64,000 nucleotides of DNA from Rhizaria sp. SCN 62-66 (lineage: Eukaryota). The stretch is from the NCBI GenBank assembly GCA_001724265.1, contig MEDY01000109.1, positions 1 through 64,000 on the forward strand, read 5' to 3'. The notes beneath the pieces were generated by a model. That model searched no databases. It was not told where the DNA came from and saw nothing but the letters and a program-made list of their open reading frames with translations. Position numbers and translations under genes: made by a program. Positions 35,883 through 46,932 of the stretch are shown here, piece by piece (within the stretch, counting starts at the first letter, position 1; every line of letters begins with the position of its first letter).

Positions 35883-38849
35883 ATGTCCCGCGCTACTCCC
35901 GCTGAGACGGCCGAGTCCGAGCGCGACTTCCTCAAGGCCGTGGAAGGCAACTTCCGTCTGTCTAAGCTCGTCGGCCGCGGCTCCTACGGGTTCGTCTACG
36001 AGGCCTTTGCGCTCGACGGCAACGCGCTCAAGATTGCCCCCAACACGCGCGTGGCCATCAAGGTGGTGCGCAATGTGCTGTCGGGCTACGGCGCGATCAA
36101 CGCGAAGCGCATGCTGCGCGAGATCTGTATCCTGCGCAACCTCATGGACCCCGACACGCACAAACCACACCCCAACATCATCGGGTTTCTGGGGCTCATG
36201 TCGCCGCTCGACATTAACAACATGAAGGACCTGTACATCATTTTCGATTTCATGGTCACTGACTTGCACAAGATTCTCCACTCTGACCAGCAGATCACCA
36301 CCAAGCACGTGCAGTATATTTCGTACCAGATGATCAAGTCGCTGCGTCTGTGCCACGACCGGCAGATCATCCACCGCGACATCAAGCCCGCGAACCTGCT
36401 CATCGACGAGAAGGTCGCCGTCAAGCTCTGCGACTTCGGTCTTGCGCGTTCTACGTCGCTCAAGCCGCGTCTGCGCGAGCTGCTCGACCTCTCGGAGCGC
36501 GGCAAGGACGCCGCCAAGGCGCACTCGTCGCTGCGGCGCCAGAAGCAGCAGGGCCCGCCCGGCTCGGCTACGGCCGCGGTCGCCGGCGCCGCGATGGGCG
36601 ACTCGGACTCCACGGCTGACGGTGCGCTGCCGCGGCCCGAGCTGCACCGCGTGCCGTCGGACATCACCTCGCTGTCCAACACCACCACCACGGCCGGCGC
36701 GCCCAGCGGCGTCGTCGGCGACAACGCCGCGGGCGGCAACAACCGCAACAACAGCGAGGGCAAGGGCGACGACTCAGGCGCAGTGGAGCGGCCGACCCTT
36801 GCGCGCGCGTTCACGCTGCACGTGACGACGCGGTGGTACCGCGCCCCCGAGCTGATCCTGCAGAGCCAGAACTACACGGCCGCGATCGACATGTGGTCCG
36901 TGGGGTGCATCCTGGCCGAGCTGCTGGCGATGCAGCTGGGCCAGAACGGCCGCGCCGCGCTTTTCCCCGGCGACTCGTGCCACCCGATGTCGCCGGTGCG
37001 GCAGAAGACGGCCAAGCTGGGACAGCCGCACCTGGACCAGCTGCGCGCCATCTTCAACGTCATCGGCACGCCATCGGAGCAGGAGATCGCCGAGATCTAT
37101 CCGGGCAACGCAGACGTGATGACCTACATCCGGCAAAACTTCCCCAAGATCCCGCGCCTCGCCTTCGGCAAGAAGTACCCTGGCGCAGACCCCCAGGGGC
37201 TGGAGCTGCTGGAGCAGATGCTTCAGTTCGACCCGCGCCGCCGCCCCACGGCGCGCGAAGCGCTGCGTCACCCGTTCTTCACCTCGATCGTCGAGGAGCT
37301 CGGCGAGCGCGAGGACGTCCACGGGCCGTGCCCGCAGGCCGGCCACTCGTTCTTCACGGACGCGTCCGGCAAGACCACGTCCAAGGCCTTTATCCCGCCC
37401 TACTTCGACTTCGAGGAGGACGTCATGACGGCCGACATGGCGCAGGCGCTGCTCGTGGAGCAGGTGCTTATCGACAACCCGCACCTGTGCTCTCAGTATG
37501 CCGTCACCGAGGCCTTCCGCAACGCGATGCAGCGCCGCGAGACGCGCATCTACAACGAGCTCACCGACGTGCGCGCGAGCATGGGTACCGTTGGCTTCAA
37601 CCGCGCCGCCGCGGCCTTCATCCGCGAGAACCCCGCCTCGCCCGAGGACGCCGCCGCCGACGCCGCCGCCAAGGCCGCCGCCGCGGCCAACGGCGGCGCT
37701 GCTGCCGCTGCTAACGGCGGACTGGTGATCACGCCGGGCCGCCCCACGGCGCACGTGAGCATGCTCGAGTCGCTGCTGCAGTCGCTCAAGAACTGCAACC
37801 GGTACACGTTCGTTATGTTCCCGCCGCACAAGTTCTCGCACATGGCCGTCGATCTGCCCGAGGACATGCCGCTGCACCAGCTCGCCGCCGACGGCACGAC
37901 CTGGATCGGGCCTGTTCAGCCCGACCCCGCCGACGCCACTCCAGTGCCCGCCGTTTCCACGGGGTCCTCCCCCGCGACGGGCACCGCTGCCATCGCCGGC
38001 GCCGCCACCGCGACGGCCGCGTCATCGGCGTCGTCCGCGGCCAGCGAGCTGCCCCCCGTGATGCAGCGTCAGCTATCGCGTGGGCGCTCTGTCACGCACC
38101 GCATTCCCATTCAGGCCGAGCGCAAGACGGTCTGGACCACGATCAACCAGAGCCCGATCGTCTCCGCCGCCGCGGCCGCGGTGCAGCAGGCGCAGGCGCT
38201 CGCGCCCGGTCCGCTCGACGGCCCCGCGTTCTCGAGCTCGGGCTCGGGGATCCGCGCCGCCGCCGCGCTGCCCCCGCGCGCGCCCATGCGTCCCCCCGGG
38301 CCTTCCGGCCTGCCCCCCTCCGCGGCGGCCTCCGCGGTCTCGGCGTCGGGCATCGCGGGCGCGCCCGTCGGCGTCGCCCCCGGCTCGGCTCCCGGCGCCG
38401 CGTTCAACGCCAGCCAGGTCTCGCAGTACGAGCAGCAGCGCCGTCTCCAGCAGCAGCAGCAACAGCAGCTGCAGGCGCAGCAGCAGCTGCAGGCGCAGCG
38501 GCGCGCGCAGGCCGCGGCGCGCGAGGCCATGTTCTCGGGTCCCCCGCCCGTGGGCGGTGACGACGAGGCGACTTACGCGCTGGGCGACTTCCTGGGCAGC
38601 AACGAGCCCGCGGCGGGGTACCCCGCGGCCGGCGCGGCCCACGGCCATCTCCCGGGCGCCATGGACGACTCGACGCCCGTGGCGAGCATGTACCCCGTCG
38701 GCGGCGATGCCATGGGCGGCCCGCCCGCGCTGGGCGGGGCGGGCAGCGCGGGCGGCCCCCCGCAGACGGACGAGGAGGCCGAGGCGGTGTTCCGCCGCGA
38801 CATGCTCTCGTCCTCGACCACGGGCATGGGCGGCCACATGCGCGACTAA
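35883..38849 (+). CDS. Mitogen-activated protein kinase with an atypical T-L-H activation motif and a long C-terminal extension
   Basis: Motifs GRGSYG, VAIK, AKRMLREICILR, HRDIKPANLL, CDFGLAR, TLHVTTRWYRAPE, IDMWSVGCILAE and LFPG. Ends TAA. Confidence 0.93.
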   Translation: MSRATPAETAESERDFLKAVEGNFRLSKLVGRGSYGFVYEAFALDGNALKIAPNTRVAIKVVRNVLSGYGAINAKRMLREICILRNLMDPDTHKPHPNIIGFLGLMSPLDINNMKDLYIIFDFMVTDLHKILHSDQQITTKHVQYISYQMIKSLRLCHDRQIIHRDIKPANLLIDEKVAVKLCDFGLARSTSLKPRLRELLDLSERGKDAAKAHSSLRRQKQQGPPGSATAAVAGAAMGDSDSTADGALPRPELHRVPSDITSLSNTTTTAGAPSGVVGDNAAGGNNRNNSEGKGDDSGAVERPTLARAFTLHVTTRWYRAPELILQSQNYTAAIDMWSVGCILAELLAMQLGQNGRAALFPGDSCHPMSPVRQKTAKLGQPHLDQLRAIFNVIGTPSEQEIAEIYPGNADVMTYIRQNFPKIPRLAFGKKYPGADPQGLELLEQMLQFDPRRRPTAREALRHPFFTSIVEELGEREDVHGPCPQAGHSFFTDASGKTTSKAFIPPYFDFEEDVMTADMAQALLVEQVLIDNPHLCSQYAVTEAFRNAMQRRETRIYNELTDVRASMGTVGFNRAAAAFIRENPASPEDAAADAAAKAAAAANGGAAAAANGGLVITPGRPTAHVSMLESLLQSLKNCNRYTFVMFPPHKFSHMAVDLPEDMPLHQLAADGTTWIGPVQPDPADATPVPAVSTGSSPATGTAAIAGAATATAASSASSAASELPPVMQRQLSRGRSVTHRIPIQAERKTVWTTINQSPIVSAAAAAVQQAQALAPGPLDGPAFSSSGSGIRAAAALPPRAPMRPPGPSGLPPSAAASAVSASGIAGAPVGVAPGSAPGAAFNASQVSQYEQQRRLQQQQQQQLQAQQQLQAQRRAQAAAREAMFSGPPPVGGDDEATYALGDFLGSNEPAAGYPAAGAAHGHLPGAMDDSTPVASMYPVGGDAMGGPPALGGAGSAGGPPQTDEEAEAVFRRDMLSSSTTGMGGHMRD

Positions 38850-39951
38850 GCGAGGCTTTATTGAGCTAAACACGCTCCAGGCAGAGACAACAGACGTACA
38901 GACATCGTTATCTGTGTGTTTGTCGCCTCTGAGTTGTCGCTGCGCGGCTTGGTTTTACGATAAAGTGCAACATAACGGGGTGCGACGACGGCTGAGACAA
39001 GAGCATAGTGTACGATTCTGCATAGAGAAGGCTCTACGTGACACATGCGTGGCTAAACGCAGTGATGAACTCAGTGCAGTTGACTAGACAAGACGGATCA
39101 ACACCCCACAGATGTTGCTGAGTCGTCGTTGCATGATTTGTGATCGTTGTGTTTGTGCTTGAGTTTGTGCCTTTTTCATAGTTTGTTTTGTATCTTGTCA
39201 TACTTTCGTTCTATCATTCGTTCGTTTCTTTGTGTCGTGCTGTGTTTTGTTTTACTTCCGCTTTGTTTTGCTTGGACAAACGCTGTATGGTTCTAATCAG
39301 TACCTTAAGAGCCACCCTCATAACAATAATGACAACAATGACAACAATGACGACAACGACACCAAGGCAAACAAGCAACGTGAGTCCACTTCTTACGCAG
39401 ACCCACACACATGCACACACAAAGTCAACGCTATGTTCTTCGGTTACTCGCACTATTCCAAGATGGCCGAGTAACGTTTATTATGTTTGTTATTGTTCGT
39501 GTCCCCTCTTTTTCATGTTAATGGTGTTTTTTGCTTGTTAATACGTCGTGTTTGGTTGGCTTCCTCCCTGTACGTGTATAGCTGCTAAAGGCGAGCCCAA
39601 GGGGGACAAACCATGATTTGTGTTCCATTCTTCGTATTTGTATTTGTATTTGTAATCACAGTAGTTTTCGTCATCACCATCGTCTTCGTCTTAGTATTTG
39701 TCTGTTAGTACATGTAATTATCTTTTATGTTCTTTTTGTATTTGACTTTGCTCCCAAGTGTGCCGTAATGTTGCCGCTGTCTTGCCTCTTTTCCTCCCTC
39801 ACTAAATGTATTTTTCACATCTACACACACGGTTGTTATGTTATGATGTCACCGTTTCAGTTCCTACCGGTATTGCTCTGGGGCCCTAAGCACAACGTAA
39901 ATACACACGCACACATCTCATCTTTCATATCAGATACATTCATTCAGATTT

Positions 39952-39981
39952 TGACTTAATGCTCCATGACTTAATGCTCCA
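39952..39981. repeat. 15-bp direct tandem duplication (TGACTTAATGCTCCA) x2
   Basis: Two exact adjacent copies in the AT-rich region between the convergent MAPK and NSA2 genes. Confidence 0.85.
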
Positions 39982-40334
39982 GACTAGGATTTTTGAGAGA
40001 TCGCTAAAGTTTGACAATTATCTTGTTTTGTATTGCATGTCAGTGGCCTTCTACTTTCTGTAATGAGCGGGAAGAACCACGAGGTGTGTGAAAAAAGACT
40101 GTGTAACGGAGAGACTGTGTGAGCTAATAACGCCACCAACACATCATCAAAGCGATGGCCAGGGCTACTTCTGTTTCTGCTGACGTGACTTGTACGAGTC
40201 AGAAAGCACGAGAACAGCGAGAGTGTGCACATGCGCACACTCGCTCGCCCAAGTGAGAGTAGAGCGAATCGAGCATGCGACGCACCAAGAGAACTGAGCG
40301 ACAACGACAACGGCGGACAACCTGCGCGTCGTAC

Positions 40335-41525
40335 TCAGACGAGGAGGATGGCGTTGATGCAGCCGTCGTTCTCGGGGTTGTTGGTCACCTGGGCGTACTT
40401 GCCCCAAACCACCTTACCGTTGGTCGTCACGAGACCGAGCTCGGAGACGTTGACTTCGAGCACAGTACCTGTAGAGAGCAAATAAAAAGAACACAGAGAG
40501 AGCGAGGGCGAGGGCGAGAGATGTGAGAGGGATGAAACAAACAACCGAGAGGATATGCATGTAGAACGATATAGTTTGGGTTTTGAATTAAATCAGATAT
40601 GGAATTTTTCTCGACATGGTTTGTTCAGCAGAACGAAAGTAATATAGAAAATGGTTATCATCATTTTAACTCTTAGGCGGATAGGACAGAAAGCGGTCTA
40701 CGATGGCGGAGAGCCACGTGAGAGAGTGAAACGTACCCTTGGTGATCACACCGAGCTGGGTGTAGAAGGGGGACTGGGGGTTCTTCTTGACGCCAAGGAT
40801 GTCGAGGTAGAAGGTGCACTTGAGCTCGGGGTGGGTGACGTGGGCCTTGGTGAAGCGGAGAGCGCGGGGGCGGATGAAGCGCTCGTACTTCGGGGGCTTG
40901 CGGGTGAAGCCGTCGCCAACGAAGGTGACCTTGGTGATCATACGCTTCCACGCCTTGTCGTTCTTCTTACCGGTCTTGATAACCTTGAACATTTCGGCCT
41001 CGGCGATCGGGCGGACCTTGGGGACGGGGACGTCCCACTTGCCGGCCTTCTCCTTGCGCTTCTGCTTGATCGTGTTCGACAGTACCTTGGCGCGCGAGAC
41101 GTTCTCACGGTCAAGCAGGAAAGCAGGGACAGCGCCATCCTTGACCGTCTCCTTGTCCTTGTGCGTGTTGTGGCGCTCGTCGTGCATGGCGATCTGCTTC
41201 TTCATCGCCGCCTTCTCCTTGTAGTTCTCGGCCGCGAGAAGCTTGGCGCGGATACCGCGGGTCTTCTGCGCCATCTCGGAACGCTTGTTTTGCAGGCGAG
41301 CCTCCTTCTTGCGCTCGCGCTCCTCGGCGTCGTAGCGACGACCGTGGCGCTTGCGCCACTGCTCAATATGCTCGTGCTGGGGCTAAAATGCGAAGGCGAA
41401 AGATGGCAAGGGCCAGAGGGTCAAATCAGCACGGCTCGGAGCAGCTGGTTGGAGGCAATATGGCGATAGAGAGGAAAACTGAAATTAAGAACAATTAATC
41501 AACATAATCAATTACCACGTACCAT
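40335..41525 (-). CDS. NSA2: Ribosome biogenesis protein NSA2; exons 41525-41523 (ATG only), 41382-40737 and 40468-40335
   Basis: M|PQHEHIE...[52 protein letters not shown] and [14 protein letters not shown]...[23 protein letters not shown]. Ends TGA. Confidence 0.96.
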
Positions 41526-41882
41526 GCTGAATTAACAGTTCCAACGTCGAGGTCGAGCACGTCAACCACTTTTCCGTGAGCGTCGAGAGCCTTCCCCAAG
41601 CCCAGCCCGTCGCGCACAAGCGGCTAGACTTTTGGCACCAGTCAACCGATCCAGTCTCACAGTCGCCAGTCAAGGTCCGAGCCTGGCTCAATGTTGGCAT
41701 TTCAAACAGGATATATGACTTAAAAGTCGAGATTAAATAAAAATCAACAGCACTGTATTGTAGCAGTGAAAAAGATAATTCGAGTTAAAGATGATAAATG
41801 TACATATTGATAGGTTTCACAGTTATAATTGCTTTGAATTGAAAACAAAAAGTGAGTAGATTGACGAGATGTACAATTAAGC

Positions 41883-43838
41883 TTACGCTAGCTCGTTCTT
41901 GATGTCCACGACGGCCTGCGTGATTCCCACGACGGACGCAAGAATGCCGACGACAGCAACGACGACCGCGAGCCCCATGACGCCGACCTTGCGGCACGCC
42001 GTCACGCTCTTGGCGCGGCCGCGGATGTCAAACAGCGCCGCACCATCGTCCGCGCCGTCCGCGGCAGCCTTCGCCGCGGAGGGCGAGCTGTCGACAAAGC
42101 CCTGGCCCGCGGCCGACGTGGCGAGCCCGCGGCCGTGGCGGCTCGCGACGACCGCGCTGGCGCCGTGTCCACGGTCACTCGCTGAGTCAGCAGTGCTCGC
42201 GGCAGCGGGGTGCGGGCCCAGCGCCTTGCCCTGGCGCGAGAAGGGGAAGTAGTCGATGCCGAGCAAGCGCGTCGCGCTGGCCACGCGCAGCCAGAAGAGC
42301 GGCGGCAGGATGTACGCGAGCAGAGAGAGCGTGAAGGAGCCGAAGAGCATGATAATGAGCTGGAAGTTCGGGAAGACAATCGCGACAGCGGCGCAGATGG
42401 CGACGAAGAGCACGCGCGCGACGTTCTGCAGGATGTACCGCTTACGGTACACATCGGGGATCAGAATGTGCACGTCGTCAATAGTCAGCGCGCCGTCGGA
42501 GCTGCTGTTGCTGCTGTTGGCGCTGAGGGTGTTCGCGCGGCGGGCCTGCGCGCGCTCGTCGAGCTTGGACTTAAGGATGGCCTTGAGGTCGACGCCGAGC
42601 TTGCGGTCGATGAACGCGTCGGCGAGCTCGCTGCCGGGAAACGTCAGCAGCACAAAGGTGAAGAAGACGGATAATGAGAGCGCGATCTTGACGCTGTCTG
42701 CGAGCCAGCCCTTGGGAAGCGAGTTAAGCACGGGGGCCTCGACGTCGTTGCCGAAGAAGAGATAGCCGGACACGGCCATGGTGAGGTAGAGCGAGCCGAC
42801 CGAGGCACCCGCGATGGCCATGAGGCGGGTGAACTTGGACTGGTCCTTCATGCGCGTCTTGACCGGGATGATGAGTGCAATGCCTTCGAGCGAGAACGAG
42901 CAGACACCGAAGACCGAAGGCAGGTACGCCCAGTCGAAGAGGTTGAGCTCCTCGCGCGGGACGCAGCAGTCGCCGGAGCCGGAGTAGAATAGCACGGCGA
43001 TGGTGTACAGGTAGACGATGTTGGCGATCGCAGAGACGGGCGCGAACGTGTCGGTGCGGCGGACGAAACACAGCAGGGACAGAATGGGGAACATGATAGC
43101 AATCCACACAATGTGCGAGACGCCAGTCAAGTCGTGCATGTTGTTGGCGACGAAGATGAGGTAGGCGATGCAGCCGCCGAACTGCGTGATGATGATCGAG
43201 AAGTCGACGATGAATCCGCCCCAGGGCCCGAAGGCGGCGAGCCCGACCTCGGTAAAGGTGGGCGTCGTTACGCTGGCCCAGTCCTCGGCCGTCGGCACGC
43301 CGCTGTCGTCGTCGGCGGTGTCGCGCCCGGCGCTCTGGGACGCCGCGACGGCGGCGGGTGAGGGCGGGAGCAGGGCGGCCGTGTTGTTGCCGCCGCTGTA
43401 GTCGAAGAACGGGACCGACTCGGCAACCGAGGCCAAGAGCTCGTCGTTGCTGCTGCTGTAGTCCACGACGGCGACGCCGTGCGCAGAGGTGCTGACGGAG
43501 CCGTTGAGCGCCGCGTTGCCCGCGACGGCGACGGCGCCGGCTTTGTGGTGTCCGCTTTCGAGGTCGCGGGCGAGGCGGCAGCGGCGGTGGTGGTCAGCCT
43601 GGCAGCGCATCATAATGTCCGTGCATTCAACAAGGCGGAGAATGCACCATGTGGCGGCAATAGTGAGCAGGATGAGGAGCACGGAGGAACCGATAAGACC
43701 ACCCTTGGCCCACATGGCGGGCATGGCGAGGATACCGACGCCGATAAAAGGCTTGATGAGGTTCTGCACGGCAGAGAAAGAACCCATCGAGGCGGCCCCT
43801 GAAGAAGATGAAGCGGAAGGACCACCCATCTGAAGCAT
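41883..43838 (-). CDS. Amino acid/auxin permease (AAAP, SLC36-like) transporter
   Basis: Motifs NLIKPFIGVGILAMP, AAFGPWG, TQFGGCIAYLIFVANN, FSLEGIALIIP, GYLFFG and YILPPL, with about 11 hydrophobic segments. Ends TAA. Confidence 0.9.
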   Translation of the reverse strand: MLQMGGPSASSSSGAASMGSFSAVQNLIKPFIGVGILAMPAMWAKGGLIGSSVLLILLTIAATWCILRLVECTDIMMRCQADHHRRCRLARDLESGHHKAGAVAVAGNAALNGSVSTSAHGVAVVDYSSSNDELLASVAESVPFFDYSGGNNTAALLPPSPAAVAASQSAGRDTADDDSGVPTAEDWASVTTPTFTEVGLAAFGPWGGFIVDFSIIITQFGGCIAYLIFVANNMHDLTGVSHIVWIAIMFPILSLLCFVRRTDTFAPVSAIANIVYLYTIAVLFYSGSGDCCVPREELNLFDWAYLPSVFGVCSFSLEGIALIIPVKTRMKDQSKFTRLMAIAGASVGSLYLTMAVSGYLFFGNDVEAPVLNSLPKGWLADSVKIALSLSVFFTFVLLTFPGSELADAFIDRKLGVDLKAILKSKLDERAQARRANTLSANSSNSSSDGALTIDDVHILIPDVYRKRYILQNVARVLFVAICAAVAIVFPNFQLIIMLFGSFTLSLLAYILPPLFWLRVASATRLLGIDYFPFSRQGKALGPHPAAASTADSASDRGHGASAVVASRHGRGLATSAAGQGFVDSSPSAAKAAADGADDGAALFDIRGRAKSVTACRKVGVMGLAVVVAVVGILASVVGITQAVVDIKNELA

Positions 43839-44531
43839 TTGGTGTGGAGGGGGAGAAGTAGGGTGGGGTGAGTTGGAGGGGGTGGGGTGACGTCGACGGT
43901 GCGACGCGATGACTTGATTTTGTTGGTTGTCAATTATAACTTCAATTGTAAGATGCAAAAATTTCGAGAGAAACTTAAATCACAAGTTGAATCTTAGGCA
44001 ACTCAAATTTATCAACGCCAACGATGAGTATCATGTGATTGCATGATGTCTTGAACTTGCGCAACGTCGTCCTCGTTCAAGCTTGCCGAGCGGCTTCGGC
44101 GACGACATCCCCCAAACCAAGCTATACACATGGGATATGTCACCAATGCGTGATTCAAGACTGCAACTTTGTAATAATAGTACTATTTGCTACAATATTT
44201 TAACATCACATCTTCCTATTTTAGCTACACCCATCTGCAGCCTTAAACATAGTTCTACTGTTCCGGAACCTCGAAGCAACCCATCATTTCTCATGGTTTC
44301 GTCTTTTTCTCCAACTTGTACGCCGTGTTTTAATATGCCATAAAGGTGTTCCGCAATATCTCTAGAAAAGGCGTGTCTTTATTGACCCCGCGCATCTTGT
44401 ACGTCGCTTATGGTCATGGTATCTAGCTAAATGCAATCTCATGCTTCCTGAATAAATGACTTCCTTGCTCGTTCTGCACTCACAACCTCTCTTCCACCCA
44501 CATTCATCCCTTGCTCAGCCCCTTCCTCGCC

Positions 44532-45348
44532 ATGTCTACCACCACCTCAACGTCTACCGCCCCTGTCAAGACTGTCACTGCCGTTTTCGGCGCAGGCTGC
44601 TACTGGTACGCTCATATCTACAACCCCACCACAAATCGCGTTTCACCCGACTCAACCATTGGTTTGCATCGTTTGTCGAATCTGTTAGATAAAATAATAA
44701 TGGCACCAATTTTTAATTGATGGACTCACACTATAGTTTGATTTTGTGCTTGTTTGACTTTATTTGCGTTCCAGGGGCACTGAGAAGTACTTCCGCCACG
44801 ACTTCCACCGCCAGTTCCCGTCCTCCGCGCCCGTGCTGTCGGTCCGCGTGGGCTTCATGGGCGACGCCTCTGCGCCGGCGAACCCGAGCTACCGCGCGGT
44901 GTGCGGCGGTGACACGGGCCACGTCGAAGTCGCCGAGATTGTCTACGATGCTGACAAGACAAAGTACGAGGACTTGGTCAAGTTTTACTTCATGATGCAT
45001 GACCCCACCACCGCGGACCGGCAGGGCAACGACCAGGGCACGCAATATGCCTCCGTCATCTTCACCACCGACGGCAGCAGCGCTAGCGCTGGCGCCAAGA
45101 CCGGCGACGACGCGGCCGACGGCAGCGAGTCACAGCGCGCGGTAGCGACGCGCGTGATCAACTAGCTCAACGCGCTGCTGCGCGCGGGCCGCGTGGCCTT
45201 CAAGCCAGGGCGCGCGTACGAGGGCAAGACCGTGGTGACCGACGTGCGGCCGGGGCATGTGTTCTATCCCGCGCACGAGGAGCACCAGGAGTACCTCGAC
45301 AAGAACCCGGACGGGTATTGCAACCACAGCATTCGCTTCAAGTGGTAA
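44532..45348 (+). CDS. msrA: Peptide methionine sulfoxide reductase MsrA with an in-frame TAG at 45163-45165; exons 44532-44605 and 44775-45348
   Basis: AVFGAGCYW|GTE (catalytic motif split by a GTACGC...CAG intron), VGFMG, NPSYRAVC, TGHVEV and HDPTTADRQGNDQGTQYASVIF. After the TAG the same frame continues with VVTDV...FYPAHEEHQEYLDKNPDGYCNH...W and ends TAA. Confidence 0.93.
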
Positions 45349-45851
45349 GCTGCTACCACTCTTTCCACCTCTTAAGAGTCGAAGCTTCGCCTCATACGTT
45401 GAGCGAAACGTGGGGTGACTTTTGTTTTTATCCATTGTGAGTCAGTGTTGCTACGAAGTGCCTTGCAAGAAATTTTGTTAATGTTTAACAATGACTAAGT
45501 AATCAGATGATAGGTGACTAGGTTACGTTGTAAAATGAGACGTATCTGGTACCAAGCCGCATTGAAAGTTATTGGACGAGTTTGGATTTGACATTAGGCA
45601 TACGGGTTTAAAATAAAGTCTTTATTGTATTCTTCTCCCTTGCGCGTTCGCTTGAATGCTGTGGTGACACGATGCAATGCATGCGAGTGTAATCGCCATT
45701 AGTTTATGTATTCTGGGAAAATATTAGGCCCGGATTCGATTGTAAACAGGATCAACAGTGAGATGACCGTGTGTAACAGTTAATACCACACACAGTTGCA
45801 CAGCTCATGCAATCAAACTTCGCGTTTAAATATACTTATCAGCTGGTTCAT

Positions 45852-46496
45852 TCACTCAGACGCAGCGGGCGCAGCGGCAGCGGCGTTCTTGGCTTTCTTG
45901 CTGCCCGCGGCCGCCGCGTTCGGGTAGACGCTGGGGTTGCTGAAGAACTGCTGTTGCTGCGACAAGAGCGACGACTCGTCCGTCGGGAACGGGTTGTTGG
46001 CGCCCACCGCACTGTTGGCGTTAAAGTTGGAGTTTGCAGCGGCGCCAGTGTAGCTGGCGTAGCCGGACTGGGTGCGGCCGACCGGGAACGCCATTTGCGG
46101 GTTCTGCAGCACGTACGCCATGGCCTCGCGCGCCTGGTTGCTGGTGCCGATGCGCGACAGGTCCTCCGGCACGGCGTCGGGCTTGAACGCGAGAAAGATG
46201 CCGCCGGCCGTGCCGAACAGGATGGCGAACCCCTTGAGCACGAAGAACCAGTCCGCGGGCGCGTACTTCGGGCTCTTGGGTTCGCGGATAATCTCGCCGC
46301 GGTCGAGCGCGCTCTTGTAGCGGAGGTACTGCGCCATTTCGCGCGCCTCACGCGCCTTGCGGTTGTCCGCGCCCGTCATGTCGACCTGCTCAGGGACGCG
46401 GTTGCGCTGCAACGAGGTGCGGGATACCGCGCCGGGGGTCAGGTTGCGGGAAAAAGTCGTCGAGAACAGGCGCTGTGCGGCGAAGCGACCGAGCAT
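45852..46496 (-). CDS. Uncharacterised 214-aa protein, probably mitochondrial, with one hydrophobic segment
   Basis: Presequence-like start MLGRFAAQRLFSTTFSR and TM-like WFFVLKGFAILFGTAGGIFLAF. Ends TGA. Confidence 0.7.
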   Translation of the reverse strand: MLGRFAAQRLFSTTFSRNLTPGAVSRTSLQRNRVPEQVDMTGADNRKAREAREMAQYLRYKSALDRGEIIREPKSPKYAPADWFFVLKGFAILFGTAGGIFLAFKPDAVPEDLSRIGTSNQAREAMAYVLQNPQMAFPVGRTQSGYASYTGAAANSNFNANSAVGANNPFPTDESSLLSQQQQFFSNPSVYPNAAAAGSKKAKNAAAAAPAASE

Positions 46497-46932
46497 TGGC
46501 GAGCTGGGCTCGGGAGACGTGGTGGGCGGAGGGCAGACGAGGTGAGTGACAGTCGGGTTGGAGGAGAGAGAAGACGGGAATGTGGGGGCTTGTTAGTGTT
46601 GTGTGTGTGCGATGCCGTGACCGTCAGCACGGAGTTGATTTAGATATAATATCTAATTTTATATAGGTCGTATATCTATCTTATTATGAGTTCTCTGTCA
46701 CGGGCTGTATCTCATGAGACGTCTTTTTCATTCGACCACCACACACAGGCTTTCGGTCACTTATTTTACCGCCCAGCTCATTCTCTACACTCCTCGCTCC
46801 ACTGCCATAGAGGAGCTGAGTCTGCCGAATAGGCTCATTAGTCCGAAGAGTACCACTACGGTTCTATCGTGAACCTTTATTATATCTGCGACGACACATC
46901 GTTTGTGACGTCTGTCTCGTCAAAAGCTCACG

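Noticed and set aside
38858-40310. Short ORFs in AT-rich intergenic/UTR regions (also 132..620, 20635..21098, 35082..35804, 54848..55281)
   Set aside because: They lack the codon bias of real genes here, contain microsatellite-like runs such as (GACAACAAT)n, or overlap introns and promoters.
45142-45165. A 24-nt in-frame GT...AG mini-intron that would remove the MsrA TAG
   Set aside because: The donor GTAGCG does not match the GTACG consensus, the segment is GC-rich and coding-like, all other introns are at least ~120 nt, and removal would delete two turns of a predicted helix. Disfavoured, but only RNA-seq can exclude it.
44532-45348. Selenocysteine or pyrrolysine recoding in MsrA
   Set aside because: The catalytic Cys is an ordinary TGC, the internal stop is TAG rather than TGA and lies away from the active site, and pyrrolysine machinery is not known in eukaryotes.
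44532-45348. MsrA as a decayed pseudogene
   Set aside because: There are no frameshifts or other lesions, splice sites and motifs are intact, and codon bias is preserved after the TAG. A very recent nonsense mutation cannot be excluded from this gene alone.
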